From an uncultured Nitrososphaerales archaeon (lineage in GTDB: Archaea; Thermoproteota; Nitrososphaeria; Nitrososphaerales; Nitrososphaeraceae), in NCBI GenBank assembly GCA_963709405.1, contig CAVPXM010000055.1, positions 256,001 through 320,000 of the forward strand: a DNA stretch of 64,000 nt, in the 5' to 3' direction. The translations under genes and the position numbers were made by a program. Positions 53,829 through 64,000 of this stretch are shown one piece after another. The notes beneath the pieces are model-generated. The model saw only the letters and a program-made list of their open reading frames with translations, made no database searches and was not told the origin of the DNA. How positions within the stretch are numbered: the stretch's first letter is position 1; the number at the start of each line of letters is the position of its first letter.

Positions 53829-55255
53829 AGCCTACCTCCAGTAAGTATTTGTTTGCGTCGAGCATGGATGGCCCTCACTGTATCTCCTACGATTGTATCC
53901 TTGTCCTCAACTATGATTAATATCCTTGAAGTCTCCTCTTGCGCGTCTAAATTCAATATATTAATGGAATGATCTCCGACGGTACTACTAACTGCCGACA
54001 CGATTCCAGGGATCCTCCACATCATGTCCCCGATTAGAGTGACTGCCCCTCTTCTATAAACGATCTTCGTACCGGCATCATACGCTCTGATATGACGCTC
54101 ATGTCTCCTAAGATAATCTGCATCTAGGAATAATAACCGAGTGATCTCAATATCATTCTGTACATATGGAGATAACTTTATGAAATCATGATATGACTTT
54201 TCTTTTTCGAGAGACGCTATAAGATGAGAAGCCGCATTACTCTCCATCCTCACGATTGCGCAATTTCTCTTGCCAGTGATGATTTTTACAAAATTCTCAC
54301 CATCAGTAACAGGGACATCTTTTAGAATAGTCGTTTTTTTGGCCGGATCCTTCATACTGGTCACTACGATTGGAATATCAAGGTTGTTATCGTTGATCTC
54401 TTTTATAGCAACTGGATCTAGGATTTTCATTCCAAACATGCCTGCTAATCGCGCCTCATTATAAGAAAGATAGTCTACAAACTCAAGGTTATTAAAGACG
54501 ATTTTGGGATCCGCACTTAATACCGCGCTATCTTTCCCGAAATCCATACTCACATCATAACGACCGTGTAACAGTATTGCAATATCTGCGGCTGTTCTGT
54601 CTGAACCACCGCGTTCGTATGTAGTTTCCAATCCATCAATGGTTTTTCCGATGAAACCTCCCATAGAAACAACATCATTCTGTTCAATCAAATTTATGAG
54701 ATGGCTAATATGTTGCTTTGATTCTTCAAGTATGAAATTAGCCGCCTCGAAGTTGTCATCGGTTATTATTGGCCAGCTATCAATATCCACATGATCAGAT
54801 TTGATATCATTAGATCGTAAAATAAAATCCATTAAGTATGACATAGTTATTTCGCCTCCATAGGCAAGCGTCCTCGATCGAACCACGTCGACAAATCGTC
54901 TATTTTCCGCAGCCTGCTTTAATGAGACGATTATTCTTTGAGTAAATTTGTCTAGATAGTTCAGGAAATCGTTATAATAGCTATTTTTAAGATAATTTTT
55001 AGCAATCTTCTCATAAATTTGCATCAGAGTATCAATTTCTAAAGGGGCAGAAGAGGCATAGCTCCGACCTATATTTAACGCTACATCAGTCATGGAACTA
55101 ATCCTATTTGCATAAATGGTTAGTGGAGCCGAGAAGACGGCCACTACTTTAGATCCTTTCTTAAGCTGCTTTATTCTATCGATCGTTTGATTTATAGATT
55201 CACCATCCACTCCGAGAGCACTGCCACCGAATTTTGCAACTGTGACTGGAACCAA
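53825..55255 (-). CDS. Aspartate kinase
   Basis: VAKFGGS, VFSAP, ERGGSDRTA, SADPK, SYNEA...GMKIL; C-terminal ACT-like region. Confidence 0.9.
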   Translation of the reverse strand: MVPVTVAKFGGSALGVDGESINQTIDRIKQLKKGSKVVAVFSAPLTIYANRISSMTDVALNIGRSYASSAPLEIDTLMQIYEKIAKNYLKNSYYNDFLNYLDKFTQRIIVSLKQAAENRRFVDVVRSRTLAYGGEITMSYLMDFILRSNDIKSDHVDIDSWPIITDDNFEAANFILEESKQHISHLINLIEQNDVVSMGGFIGKTIDGLETTYERGGSDRTAADIAILLHGRYDVSMDFGKDSAVLSADPKIVFNNLEFVDYLSYNEARLAGMFGMKILDPVAIKEINDNNLDIPIVVTSMKDPAKKTTILKDVPVTDGENFVKIITGKRNCAIVRMESNAASHLIASLEKEKSYHDFIKLSPYVQNDIEITRLLFLDADYLRRHERHIRAYDAGTKIVYRRGAVTLIGDMMWRIPGIVSAVSSTVGDHSINILNLDAQEETSRILIIVEDKDTIVGDTVRAIHARRKQILTGGRL

Positions 55256-55984
55256 CGAAATAGATCGCCTTGGGAGGTAGTATAAATGCCATATATTAGC
55301 TATACTGGCATTGCATGCCAACAGGAACAATTGCACTTCCCTCTTCCCTTTAATGATCGACTATGATGAGACTATCAATTCGTCCAAGCGAAGGACGTCA
55401 AAATATCCCTAATATAGATCAGAAGTTAACGAATGAATTTACACCGAAACAAAGTGAAGTTCATGCGATATCCTGTGAACACATAAAATCTTAGTCATTA
55501 CCTATTCTTTAGCAACAAGCTAATCGGTTCTTACTAGATCCTATTTTTTGCTAGCCGTCCACTTGTGTAACTGAAAACGTAGGCGTAAGAACTTCATTCT
55601 GAATTAGTTAGAATATTTGAGTATGGAGGTATTAGTGTGTGGTACCGAGAGATCTAGTCGAAAAATAATTTGTATTGTAATAACTACATAATAATATCGA
55701 TATGATATTATCGATTAGTAAATACTTCATCTGAATACATCGGGAATAGATATTTAATCTTGATAGTAGAAGGCATTGTACTCTATGAAGACCCTAAAAG
55801 ATTTAATTAAAGGAAATGTTGTTGGATGCGGATCCGATTACATTGTTGTAGAGAAAGCAAAGAAAAGATTCTTTGTACATGTTCCTAACTTTAAAATCCA
55901 TGAATTAAAAAATTCAGTTACCCCCTATTGGTCGGAATTCTAGACTTAGAAAGCTATTTTTAACCTATAAAAAGTTAAATTAAG

Positions 55985-57883
55985 TTGGAGAAATATAAAC
56001 GTCGTTTGAAACAGCCTTCAAGGATTGAAATTACTACTCAGATTAGAGGCCCTCCCACAGCAAATCTCATACCTCGTAATGGTAAAGTGCGTTACGATAG
56101 GAAAGCAGAATCAGAATTTTTCGTTGATAACTCTGCTCTGGCTGGGTTTACTGGCGAACGCATACTGTACATGGCAGTCAGGGAACTTATTGAAAATTCT
56201 CTTGACTCTTGTGAGGTCAATCATATTTTGCCAAATATTTCCCTTTCTTTAAGGATTCATGATTCATTAAACGACATGTGGGTTATTACATGCGAAGATA
56301 ATGGTGTAGGAATACCCACAGACAAAGTACCGGTCGCAGTATGCTCTTTTTTGACCTCTGGTAAATATGTGGAACGACAGCAGCGTGGTCTGTTTGGTGT
56401 CGGTCTTAAAATGATCGCCGCTTTTTCTACAAAGGATACGGATCATCCACTTAGAGTATGGACAAAAACACTTGATGAAATTGGTGAAGCTTATTTTGAG
56501 CTCAGAACTGATATTGGTACTAACAAGCCGATTGTCTTATCGAGGAAGGTGATCAACAAGGAATATTCGATCAGATCAAAATCTGGTTTTAAGATTGAGG
56601 CAATGTTGCGAGCAAGATTGTCTCCCATAACAAAAAATAAGATCTATGATTACATTAGTCAAACTAGTATAGTCAATCCATACGCTGTGATAACCTTTTC
56701 CACCGATGAAGGCAGGGTGGTTTTTGATAGGCGGACAAAGAATATGCCTGAGCCTTCGAGAGAAGTATTGCCGCATCCTTCAGATATGGATCTTAAAACT
56801 CTAAAGAGGGCGATCCTTAACTTTACTAATCAGAAGACGACGTTACATGGAATATTATCTGGTTCGTTTCAGAAAATGTCCGGAGAAAAAGCTAAGGAAA
56901 TCCTAACGAGGGCGGCAGTGGATCTAAAAGTAGCAAGCAAGTATGATGAACACGAATTGATAAAAATAGTAAATGCATGCAGACAAACGAAATTCCAATC
57001 GCCAAATACTGATCATCTGAGTCCAGTCGGTGAGCATATTTTGACTGCAGGGATGATGGAAGAATATTCTATTGTTACTAAAAAGGAGAGCAATAGCCCA
57101 GGTGATCAATCGAATTCTCAATTGTCTGTCAAGGTTTTAAAACCGGCGCTTACGGCTTATTCGTCAAGGACTTGCATAATAAATAACCGAGCAACAATAG
57201 TTGAGTGTGGCGTAGCATACGGCGGGAATATAAATTCATTCAGACTTTACAGATTCGCCAACAAGATTCCACTACTGTATGACGAGGGTTCAGATGTAGC
57301 CCGAGAGGTGGTAGCCGAAGTTGAAATTAATAAAATGGGTATAACTAAAAAGGATGTGAAAGAACAATTCTTCAATCCAGAGGCAAAATCCGACCGTGCT
57401 ATAGAACTACTTCCAATTCACATATTCTTCCATATATGCTCTACCAGGATTCCATACAAAACCGCAGGTAAGGAAAGTATCGCATCTGAAGGAAGCCTCA
57501 AGAAGTACATGAGATTCTGTTTGACTGATCTATATCGAAGGGTAAGCGCCCAAATTCGTAAAGAAATTAGGATCAAAGAGGCTGAAAACAGGCTACGACT
57601 CTATAAGCACTACATACCGTTAATCGTTAGCGCCATTTCCGAATCGATTGATATTGACGCAAATAAACTCTCTGATGGGTTTACAAGCCTAGTAGAAAGG
57701 CATGCTAGCGAGACACACGTGATTCCGGCTCATACGATACACAATGCGAGAGACTATAAAGTCAGGGATGGTGAGGAGGAAGATTCCAAATTAAACTATG
57801 ATTCGATGAATCGTCTTAGGTTAACTGATACCAGAAAAATGAACACGCGAAGAAAGCAGATAGGAAGAGTGAAGAAATATTAG
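55985..57883 (+). CDS. top6B: DNA topoisomerase VI subunit B
   Basis: RELIENSLDS, EDNGVG, SGKY, QQRGLFGVG, RFANKIPLLY, IPYKTAGKESI. Confidence 0.93.
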   Translation: MEKYKRRLKQPSRIEITTQIRGPPTANLIPRNGKVRYDRKAESEFFVDNSALAGFTGERILYMAVRELIENSLDSCEVNHILPNISLSLRIHDSLNDMWVITCEDNGVGIPTDKVPVAVCSFLTSGKYVERQQRGLFGVGLKMIAAFSTKDTDHPLRVWTKTLDEIGEAYFELRTDIGTNKPIVLSRKVINKEYSIRSKSGFKIEAMLRARLSPITKNKIYDYISQTSIVNPYAVITFSTDEGRVVFDRRTKNMPEPSREVLPHPSDMDLKTLKRAILNFTNQKTTLHGILSGSFQKMSGEKAKEILTRAAVDLKVASKYDEHELIKIVNACRQTKFQSPNTDHLSPVGEHILTAGMMEEYSIVTKKESNSPGDQSNSQLSVKVLKPALTAYSSRTCIINNRATIVECGVAYGGNINSFRLYRFANKIPLLYDEGSDVAREVVAEVEINKMGITKKDVKEQFFNPEAKSDRAIELLPIHIFFHICSTRIPYKTAGKESIASEGSLKKYMRFCLTDLYRRVSAQIRKEIRIKEAENRLRLYKHYIPLIVSAISESIDIDANKLSDGFTSLVERHASETHVIPAHTIHNARDYKVRDGEEEDSKLNYDSMNRLRLTDTRKMNTRRKQIGRVKKY

Positions 57884-57961
57884 CAAAATCGAATTAAATA
57901 GAATTAATTTGACATTGAATCGTATCGAGTCTTATGCCAAGAGGAGTCTTCATAGTTAGAT

Positions 57962-59068
57962 ATGCCTGCAAGAGACAAACGACATCAGGAAGTTATTAAG
58001 AAGATTAAGTTAATGATGACAGACATAAGTCGAGACGTCTTACTCGAAAAGATCTTGCCTGTCCTGGACATTATTAAAGTTGGCTACGATAATACGGTGT
58101 GGTCAGATGAGAAAAGGATGCTTACTATTGGTACTAAAACTGTTCAAATTAGTCCTGAGAATACCAAAAAAATTCCTACTTTCTCTCAGTACATAGTAAT
58201 GGCAAATGCTGTCAGGAAGCTGTTGGATGAAGAAATGGAGAGCACAATCCGGGGAATGTATTATGCCACTCTTAGCACGATTGGCGATGAAAAGAATAAG
58301 CAAAAGTTCTGGAACACACAAGATAATTCCGATGATGCAATTAAAGCCATAGAATTACTCACGGGAGTTCCGAGAGAAGAATTCGCTGTTACTTCCAAAC
58401 CGAAAGGTATGATTTCTGGGCCGATTACTTTGCGAGTCGGTGGGGATTTAATCGACTGCAACCTAGGAAGTAGAGCAACCTCTCAGTTAGTCCCAACTAA
58501 TATTCGTGATCTAGAAATAGTTAATGTGAAGGCAGACTTTGTAATGGTGGTAGAGAAAGATACCGTCCTTAACAATATCCGCAAATCGGGGTTCATACAG
58601 AAATATAACGCGATATTGATGACTGGTTCGGGTGAACCGGATCGAGCAACTAGGATGATGGTAAAGACTCTCAATAAAGAATGGAAGAAACCTGTCGTGA
58701 TCTTTGCCGATGCTGACCCTTGGGGGCTGGGGATCGCGTTAAGGTATAAAATCGGAAGTGAGTCATTGAGTTACGATAGTGAAAGACTGGTAACTCCTGA
58801 TGCCATGGTGTTGGGGATGATGTTTTCAGATATTTATGACTACAATATTCCCGAGGTAGCAAGGTTGACAGCTTCTGAAGAAGACCTGAATAGAGCAAAT
58901 GATATGAAAAGAAAACCATGGCTTAAGGATAAGAAATGGCAAAAGGAACTGACTTTATTTATGCAGCGGAAAGAAAAATGTGAATTGGATGCATTCTTTA
59001 AACATGGATTCCGCTATTTGGCGGAAACTTATTTACCTCAGAAACTTCGTGAATCCGGTGTGATATAA
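57962..59068 (+). CDS. top6A: DNA topoisomerase VI subunit A
   Basis: TIRGMYY catalytic Tyr, VVEKD, G.GEPDRATR, DADPWG, KCELDA. Confidence 0.93.
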   Translation: MPARDKRHQEVIKKIKLMMTDISRDVLLEKILPVLDIIKVGYDNTVWSDEKRMLTIGTKTVQISPENTKKIPTFSQYIVMANAVRKLLDEEMESTIRGMYYATLSTIGDEKNKQKFWNTQDNSDDAIKAIELLTGVPREEFAVTSKPKGMISGPITLRVGGDLIDCNLGSRATSQLVPTNIRDLEIVNVKADFVMVVEKDTVLNNIRKSGFIQKYNAILMTGSGEPDRATRMMVKTLNKEWKKPVVIFADADPWGLGIALRYKIGSESLSYDSERLVTPDAMVLGMMFSDIYDYNIPEVARLTASEEDLNRANDMKRKPWLKDKKWQKELTLFMQRKEKCELDAFFKHGFRYLAETYLPQKLRESGVI

Positions 59069-59082
59069 TGCAAAGATACGGT

Positions 59083-59760
59083 TTATGGTGTGCTTGACTC
59101 CATTTTCCTTCTCTCGACGATTGTATTGGACTTGCTTGAGATTAGATGACTTGAAAATTCGGACAAATCCATGACCAATCCGTAGTAGCCTCTTACATTA
59201 TCTAGCGTTGATTCATAATGTTTTTCGTTACTAGAAGCGGTTGCATCGGATATGAGAACTATATCATAACCAATATTAAATGCATCCCTAAGTGACGTTT
59301 CCACGCAAATTGATGTATCGATTCCACAAAAGATAATTGTATTGACACTTAGACTCCTTAGCCAGACAGCGATTTCCGTGTCATGGAATGCAGAATCCCT
59401 TCTTTTTAGTACAATATGATCTGCTTGTGTTGGTTTTATGTCGTCTACGATGTCTGCGTCCCAACTCCCCCTGACGCAAATTGGCCTTTTCTTTATTCGT
59501 TCTTCCCTAGACTTTGGTAAGATCTTGTGGGTTTTTGTAAGAAGATCGATCCCAGATGACTCTCGAACAGCTTGGGTATAAAATATAGGAAGGCCAAACT
59601 CTCTGCATATCTGAATAAGTTGGCGAATTTTGGCAATAACAGCCCTATAGTTTGTTGTATCCATACCTAGCAGATCATAGGAACCACCCTTACTAACAAA
59701 GCCGTTTTGAACATCAATCACGATTAAGGCTGGGTTTACCCTATACTCTCTCAATTTCAT
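59083..59760 (-). CDS. Isochorismatase-family cysteine hydrolase
   Basis: ALIVIDVQNGF, KRRDSAF, CGIDTSICVETSLRDA. Confidence 0.9.
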   Translation of the reverse strand: MKLREYRVNPALIVIDVQNGFVSKGGSYDLLGMDTTNYRAVIAKIRQLIQICREFGLPIFYTQAVRESSGIDLLTKTHKILPKSREERIKKRPICVRGSWDADIVDDIKPTQADHIVLKRRDSAFHDTEIAVWLRSLSVNTIIFCGIDTSICVETSLRDAFNIGYDIVLISDATASSNEKHYESTLDNVRGYYGLVMDLSEFSSHLISSKSNTIVERRKMESSTP

Positions 59761-60112
59761 AGACCAGCATAATATCGATACCTTCATTTATACTGTATAG
59801 GGCCAGTGGGAAGTCGATTGCGAATACTAATGCAGAATTTATACGTAAACACTGTTAACTCAGTTGGATAAGGATCGCGACGGCAAGTCATTATTTTCAT
59901 CGAGCAGCCAGATTCCACTTGCGAATCACATGAACTTATTCAACATTATGTCCTACTCCATTTTATGGAGTCAGGCTTGCGGTTGCTTTCAGTGGGCGTT
60001 TTGGTTTATGATGAATAAAAAAGGCGTGTCTTAAATTGGTCAGGTACGGTTAACAGATTCGGAGGGCTTAATATTGACACTGTCACATTCATCATCCTAG
60101 TGATCCTGAGAA

Positions 60113-60874
60113 ATGGACTACTCGATATACATAGATGAAATAAGCAAATGTAATACAGAAAGACTGACAGAAAAGGAAAGAGTCGTACTTGCGAAAATAA
60201 TTAAATCAGCTTATTCCAGCGGAGGAATATCTCATTATTTAAAACTCAAGCGTCATCGCGTGGATTTCGCTGAAGGACCATACCTCAACAACCTCATAAA
60301 GAAGGGCTTCGTTGAGACACGACGTGGAAATTTCCTACTGGAAGGAACTTCATATGACTTAACTGCATGCTGCTTATTTTATATATTTCTAAATATGCGG
60401 AATTATCCGAATCAGCTCTTACTAAAATATCAAGACAATATCATTTTAAAAACGTTGGTATATCCATATTTCACGCCTAACAGCATAAAGGTCTTCTATC
60501 CTTTATTATCTCGATCCATAACTCACTACCTTAGACTTTGCTGTCGCACTACCTTGAACCTGCTAAAAACTATGGGAAAATCTAGTAATTCATCCCATCG
60601 TGAAAAGTTGAGATTGATTTTAGAATATGAATTGGAATGGCATTCCAGAACCCTGGTTATAGGAGCCGCAATGTTAGCCGATTCTATACCTCAAGAAGAA
60701 AAACAGACTAACAGAGTGGTCTCGTCTCAATTGGTTAAAGATAATCCCATAAAGACTCTGCTTATGAATGATGATCGATTTCTAAGCCTTTTCAGAAGGG
60801 TTAAAAATGAATTTACTGATGGGTATAAAGAGCTATCAGATCTACGCCGAAACTATTCAAGACCAGCAGGGTAA
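60113..60874 (+). CDS. Hypothetical protein (possible N-terminal winged helix)
   Basis: 253 aa ORF; LTEKER.VL..I and NLIKKGFVE pattern. Confidence 0.75.
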   Translation: MDYSIYIDEISKCNTERLTEKERVVLAKIIKSAYSSGGISHYLKLKRHRVDFAEGPYLNNLIKKGFVETRRGNFLLEGTSYDLTACCLFYIFLNMRNYPNQLLLKYQDNIILKTLVYPYFTPNSIKVFYPLLSRSITHYLRLCCRTTLNLLKTMGKSSNSSHREKLRLILEYELEWHSRTLVIGAAMLADSIPQEEKQTNRVVSSQLVKDNPIKTLLMNDDRFLSLFRRVKNEFTDGYKELSDLRRNYSRPAG

Positions 60875-60992
60875 TATTTGTAATAGCAGTGATTATTAGA
60901 CAATGAACTCAGCTTGGATAGAAATTATGTGATCACAAATCGCAGTCCAATAACGAATAATATCAAGGTCTGCTATTTACGGATAGATAAGA

Positions 60993-61605
60993 ATGAAGTG
61001 GAACATTAACGATTTCACAAAGGTCGGATTTTCGACCTTGCTCAAACCTTATGAAAATTCTATTAATGATTTGACAAAAATAACTCGGGCTTTCAGTTTA
61101 GCGATGAAGGCTCATGCCGGCCAATATCGAAATAGTGGAAAGATTGAACCGCATATTAATCATTCATTGAGAGTTGCACTTATTTTGACAGAAGAGATTA
61201 AACTTTTCGATGTGGATTTGATTTGTGCTGCTCTCCTGCATGACATTCTAGAAAAAAAATTGAGCAGACAGGCGGACTGCAATGATATACTGAAGTCAGA
61301 CTTTGGGGATAATGTCTATAACATAATATCTACTGTTACCAGGCCAATCCTACTCGACTCACAAAAGACTAAAGTTGATATTCTTGGTAAGGTACTATCA
61401 AGGTATTGCAAACGGATCCAAATTCATAAGATACATTAAACTTGCGGACCGACTTGATAATATCAGGTCGCTTAAGAGCACTTTCCACAAATATCAAATG
61501 AATAAATATAAAGAAGAGACACTGAAGTATCTGATGCCTATAGCAGAAAACACGGATGAAAAAATGGTATTAAAATTATCGGTAGCGCTGTATGAGCTAA
61601 AGTGA
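60993..61605 (+). CDS. Stand-alone RelA/SpoT-type HD hydrolase (Mesh1/SAH-like); +1 frameshift near 61385
   Basis: AH.GQYR.SG..EP..NH..RVA, AALLHDILE, FG, IKLADRLDN. Confidence 0.85.
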
Positions 61606-61926
61606 ATTAACCCGCTTTATTGTCGCTAGGCGGATGGGGATTTAATGAATCTCAAAGTATAAAACTTGTAATATATTTCAAATATTAGAGTCAATTACGA
61701 TTGAGCTTGGTTAAAATCTAGCTAATATTGTAAGATCAGCCAAGCTTATTCGAAATCGAAACTTGAGCAGAGTGGTTGTGCACTACATTCATTACATGAA
61801 TAGCATATAAAATCTAGAAAGTACATTGCGGAGTTTTTGACAGGACTGAAAGTAAATGAGACAAGAATCAATAAAATGTGACTCATTATTTTTTTAAATT
61901 AAGCACAGCTATCCATTGAGATAAAT

Positions 61927-62634
61927 ATGCACTTCAACTTAAATTATTTGAAGACATTTTTCGTATTTCAAGCAGTATCTCTTATGATTCTACCCCATAT
62001 CTCGTTTGGTGGTACTGCGCAGGCCCAGCTAAGTGGCATTCCAGATAGTTCTGCTGGAGAAACAAACAACAAGTTAAGTCAATCAACCCTGGATTCATTC
62101 GTTTCTCCAAAATCGTTAATGGCATCAGTATTTGGCGAAATTAAGAATAATACAGCAAGGAATACAAATTCAAACAACCTCCAAGATGCAAAGAATCTTG
62201 TCGGAGAGTCGACCACTATCATCCTTTCAAATCAAGTAGTACCTGCTAAGGACTATATTCATATTTATGACAGTTTGCCATATAAAATAGACAACGGCCA
62301 TCTAACAGCTAAGCTTTCGTGCGACATGGATTCTAAACCAGCTCTTAGAATATTTATTGGAAAGATTCCAGTCCTTAAGCCATCTCCATTGCAGGTAGTA
62401 AAGGAGTTGTCCAAGCCCGGATACATGTGTTTGTATTATCTCGATATCCCACCACGATTAGATAAAGATAGTACTCAGGCTAAAAATTCAACTGATACAA
62501 TCACTGATATCGTATTGTATAACCCTACGAGTGTGAAGCAGGTGCTCTTGAATACGAGTAGTATTGTGATAGGAATTAATCAGATTGATCTCGTAGACAC
62601 CTTCTTACCAAGGAACACAACAATGAAATCGTAA
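61927..62634 (+). CDS. Secreted hypothetical protein
   Basis: Signal peptide ending AQA; DYIHIYDSLPY..GH.TAKL.CD and PG.MCLY. Confidence 0.75.
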   Translation: MHFNLNYLKTFFVFQAVSLMILPHISFGGTAQAQLSGIPDSSAGETNNKLSQSTLDSFVSPKSLMASVFGEIKNNTARNTNSNNLQDAKNLVGESTTIILSNQVVPAKDYIHIYDSLPYKIDNGHLTAKLSCDMDSKPALRIFIGKIPVLKPSPLQVVKELSKPGYMCLYYLDIPPRLDKDSTQAKNSTDTITDIVLYNPTSVKQVLLNTSSIVIGINQIDLVDTFLPRNTTMKS

Positions 62635-62679
62635 AATTATATACTGTAACAGACTCAGGTCTCGGTTATTATTGTGCCG

Positions 62680-63459
62680 TTAATATAAGTTACTGAGCTT
62701 GCAAACGACTGGCATTTCTCCTTTGTGTTTATTTTTTTCGATTAGTACTTGAACTCTTCTAACGGCATCAGCTTCGTATAGATTACTATTCACATTCTTA
62801 TTTTCTGATTCTCTTAAGATATTATCCACAACCATGTAGGGAAGGCCAATCTCACCTTCGGCCGTGTGCTCTTCCCACAAGCCGGGCCTACTATCCTTTT
62901 TAATAATTCTTTCAGGTACATCTAAATAGTAAGATAATTCCCTCACTTGAGTTTTATACAAATCGGCGATGGGCAAAATATCAGCCGATCCGTCACCATA
63001 TTTTGTGTAGTATCCAAGCTTTAGTTCGCTTTTGTCTGTCGTTCCTGCTACTAACATACCCTTATATGAAGCGAAGAAATACAGAATGCACATTCTTATT
63101 CTCGCTGCCAGGTTACCCTGAGCTAGGGGATCAGATGGAAGATCTTTCATAATCTCCTGTTTCTTCTTACTTATTTCTATAATTCTGTATGATATTGCTA
63201 ATTTCTTGGCAAGATCTAAAGCATCATCGAAATCTTCTCTTGGTGTAATTCCCTGTTCTGGTAGTAGAAGACCCAACACTGATGAGGATTTAAGAGCTTT
63301 GACAGCTAGGGCGGCAACAACAGATGAATCTAATCCTCCGCTTATTCCAATGACTACACCTTTTGCTTTTCTTTCTCGTACTTGGTTAATCAAAAATTCT
63401 TTTATAAAATCACATATTTTTTGCAATGCCAGATAATAGTGGCAACACATAATATACAT
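62680..63459 (-). CDS. nadE: NH3-dependent NAD+ synthetase
   Basis: GISGGLDS, GNLAARIRM, GTTDKSE, GYYTKYGDG, DLYKTQV. Confidence 0.95.
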   Translation of the reverse strand: MYIMCCHYYLALQKICDFIKEFLINQVRERKAKGVVIGISGGLDSSVVAALAVKALKSSSVLGLLLPEQGITPREDFDDALDLAKKLAISYRIIEISKKKQEIMKDLPSDPLAQGNLAARIRMCILYFFASYKGMLVAGTTDKSELKLGYYTKYGDGSADILPIADLYKTQVRELSYYLDVPERIIKKDSRPGLWEEHTAEGEIGLPYMVVDNILRESENKNVNSNLYEADAVRRVQVLIEKNKHKGEMPVVCKLSNLY

Positions 63460-64000
63460 TTATTATTGAGATCATTCTAATATTTTGGTCGCTATAATTC
63501 ATGTTACAGATCAAAGACCAGTCGAATACAAAGTAAAATATCATTATTCTTTATATATTTCTAATTTTATTCAATGCTAAGATGAGTATAACTGCATTGT
63601 ATAATAACAAAAGGTTTGAGGTTTAGATAGATTTCTTGACCCTTACTCTGCAAAGGCATTTTATTTTCCCCCAAAATTTAGACGATAGCAGAATCTTACG
63701 ATGGCTTGTACGCTCTTGATAGACAATCGTATTGAGCAATTCCATCAAGTTAATTCCTATTCGAGAATGACCAAATAAAGACGAAAATCTTGAACAAGGT
63801 GACGATAGGATAGTCTTAAGGAGATTAATTTATCCATATTCGATTAAAATCAATTAAATAATAAGCCATGGCTGAGAATAACCTTATTAGTTCTCGTCCT
63901 AGTTATGTATTAGCTGGGATGAATGCAGCGAGATGCTGGCGATAGATGAATGCGAGGAGTGGATATGGCATATTTTAGATTGTACCAAAGATTGTGGTTT

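Noticed and set aside
1-64000. CRISPR array, rRNA, provirus or integrase
   Set aside because: No regularly spaced repeats, rRNA-like sequence, or integrase/capsid genes seen; neither tRNA has a visible duplicated 3' att site.

Overview
Chromosomal segment of an ammonia-oxidising archaeon (Nitrososphaerota, most likely soil Nitrososphaeraceae). The assignment rests on archaeal information-processing genes (rpoL, TFS, PCNA, Topo VI, rpl1/10/12, secE), the 3HP/4HB-cycle malonic semialdehyde reductase, copper-based respiratory complexes III and IV with cupredoxins instead of c-type cytochromes, class III PHA synthase genes, low GC and long intergenic gaps. It carries hisBHAF, aspS-gatCAB, phaE, the cox operon, a decayed IS5-type element, the Rieske/cytochrome b/cupredoxin operon, a hydrolase-AbrB-phaC cluster, purP, queC, folE, pckA, ilvE, aspartate kinase, top6B/A, a Mesh1-like HD protein and nadE. 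About 19 frameshifts, all single-base insertions and many in essential genes, are best explained as read errors. Most notable: (1) two paralogous ~90-100 nt rod-like non-coding elements 26 kb apart (3070-3169 and 29241-29327) with shared sequence, a covarying base pair and equally spaced TATA boxes, a candidate unrecognised small-RNA family, plus several other structured intergenic candidates; (2) a tRNA-Gln(CUG) with three BHB introns (10/11, 21/22, 37/38); (3) a ~98% identical 277-bp cupredoxin module shared by coxB and the downstream blue-copper gene. All assignments are by eye and from remembered motifs; no searches or folding programs were run.
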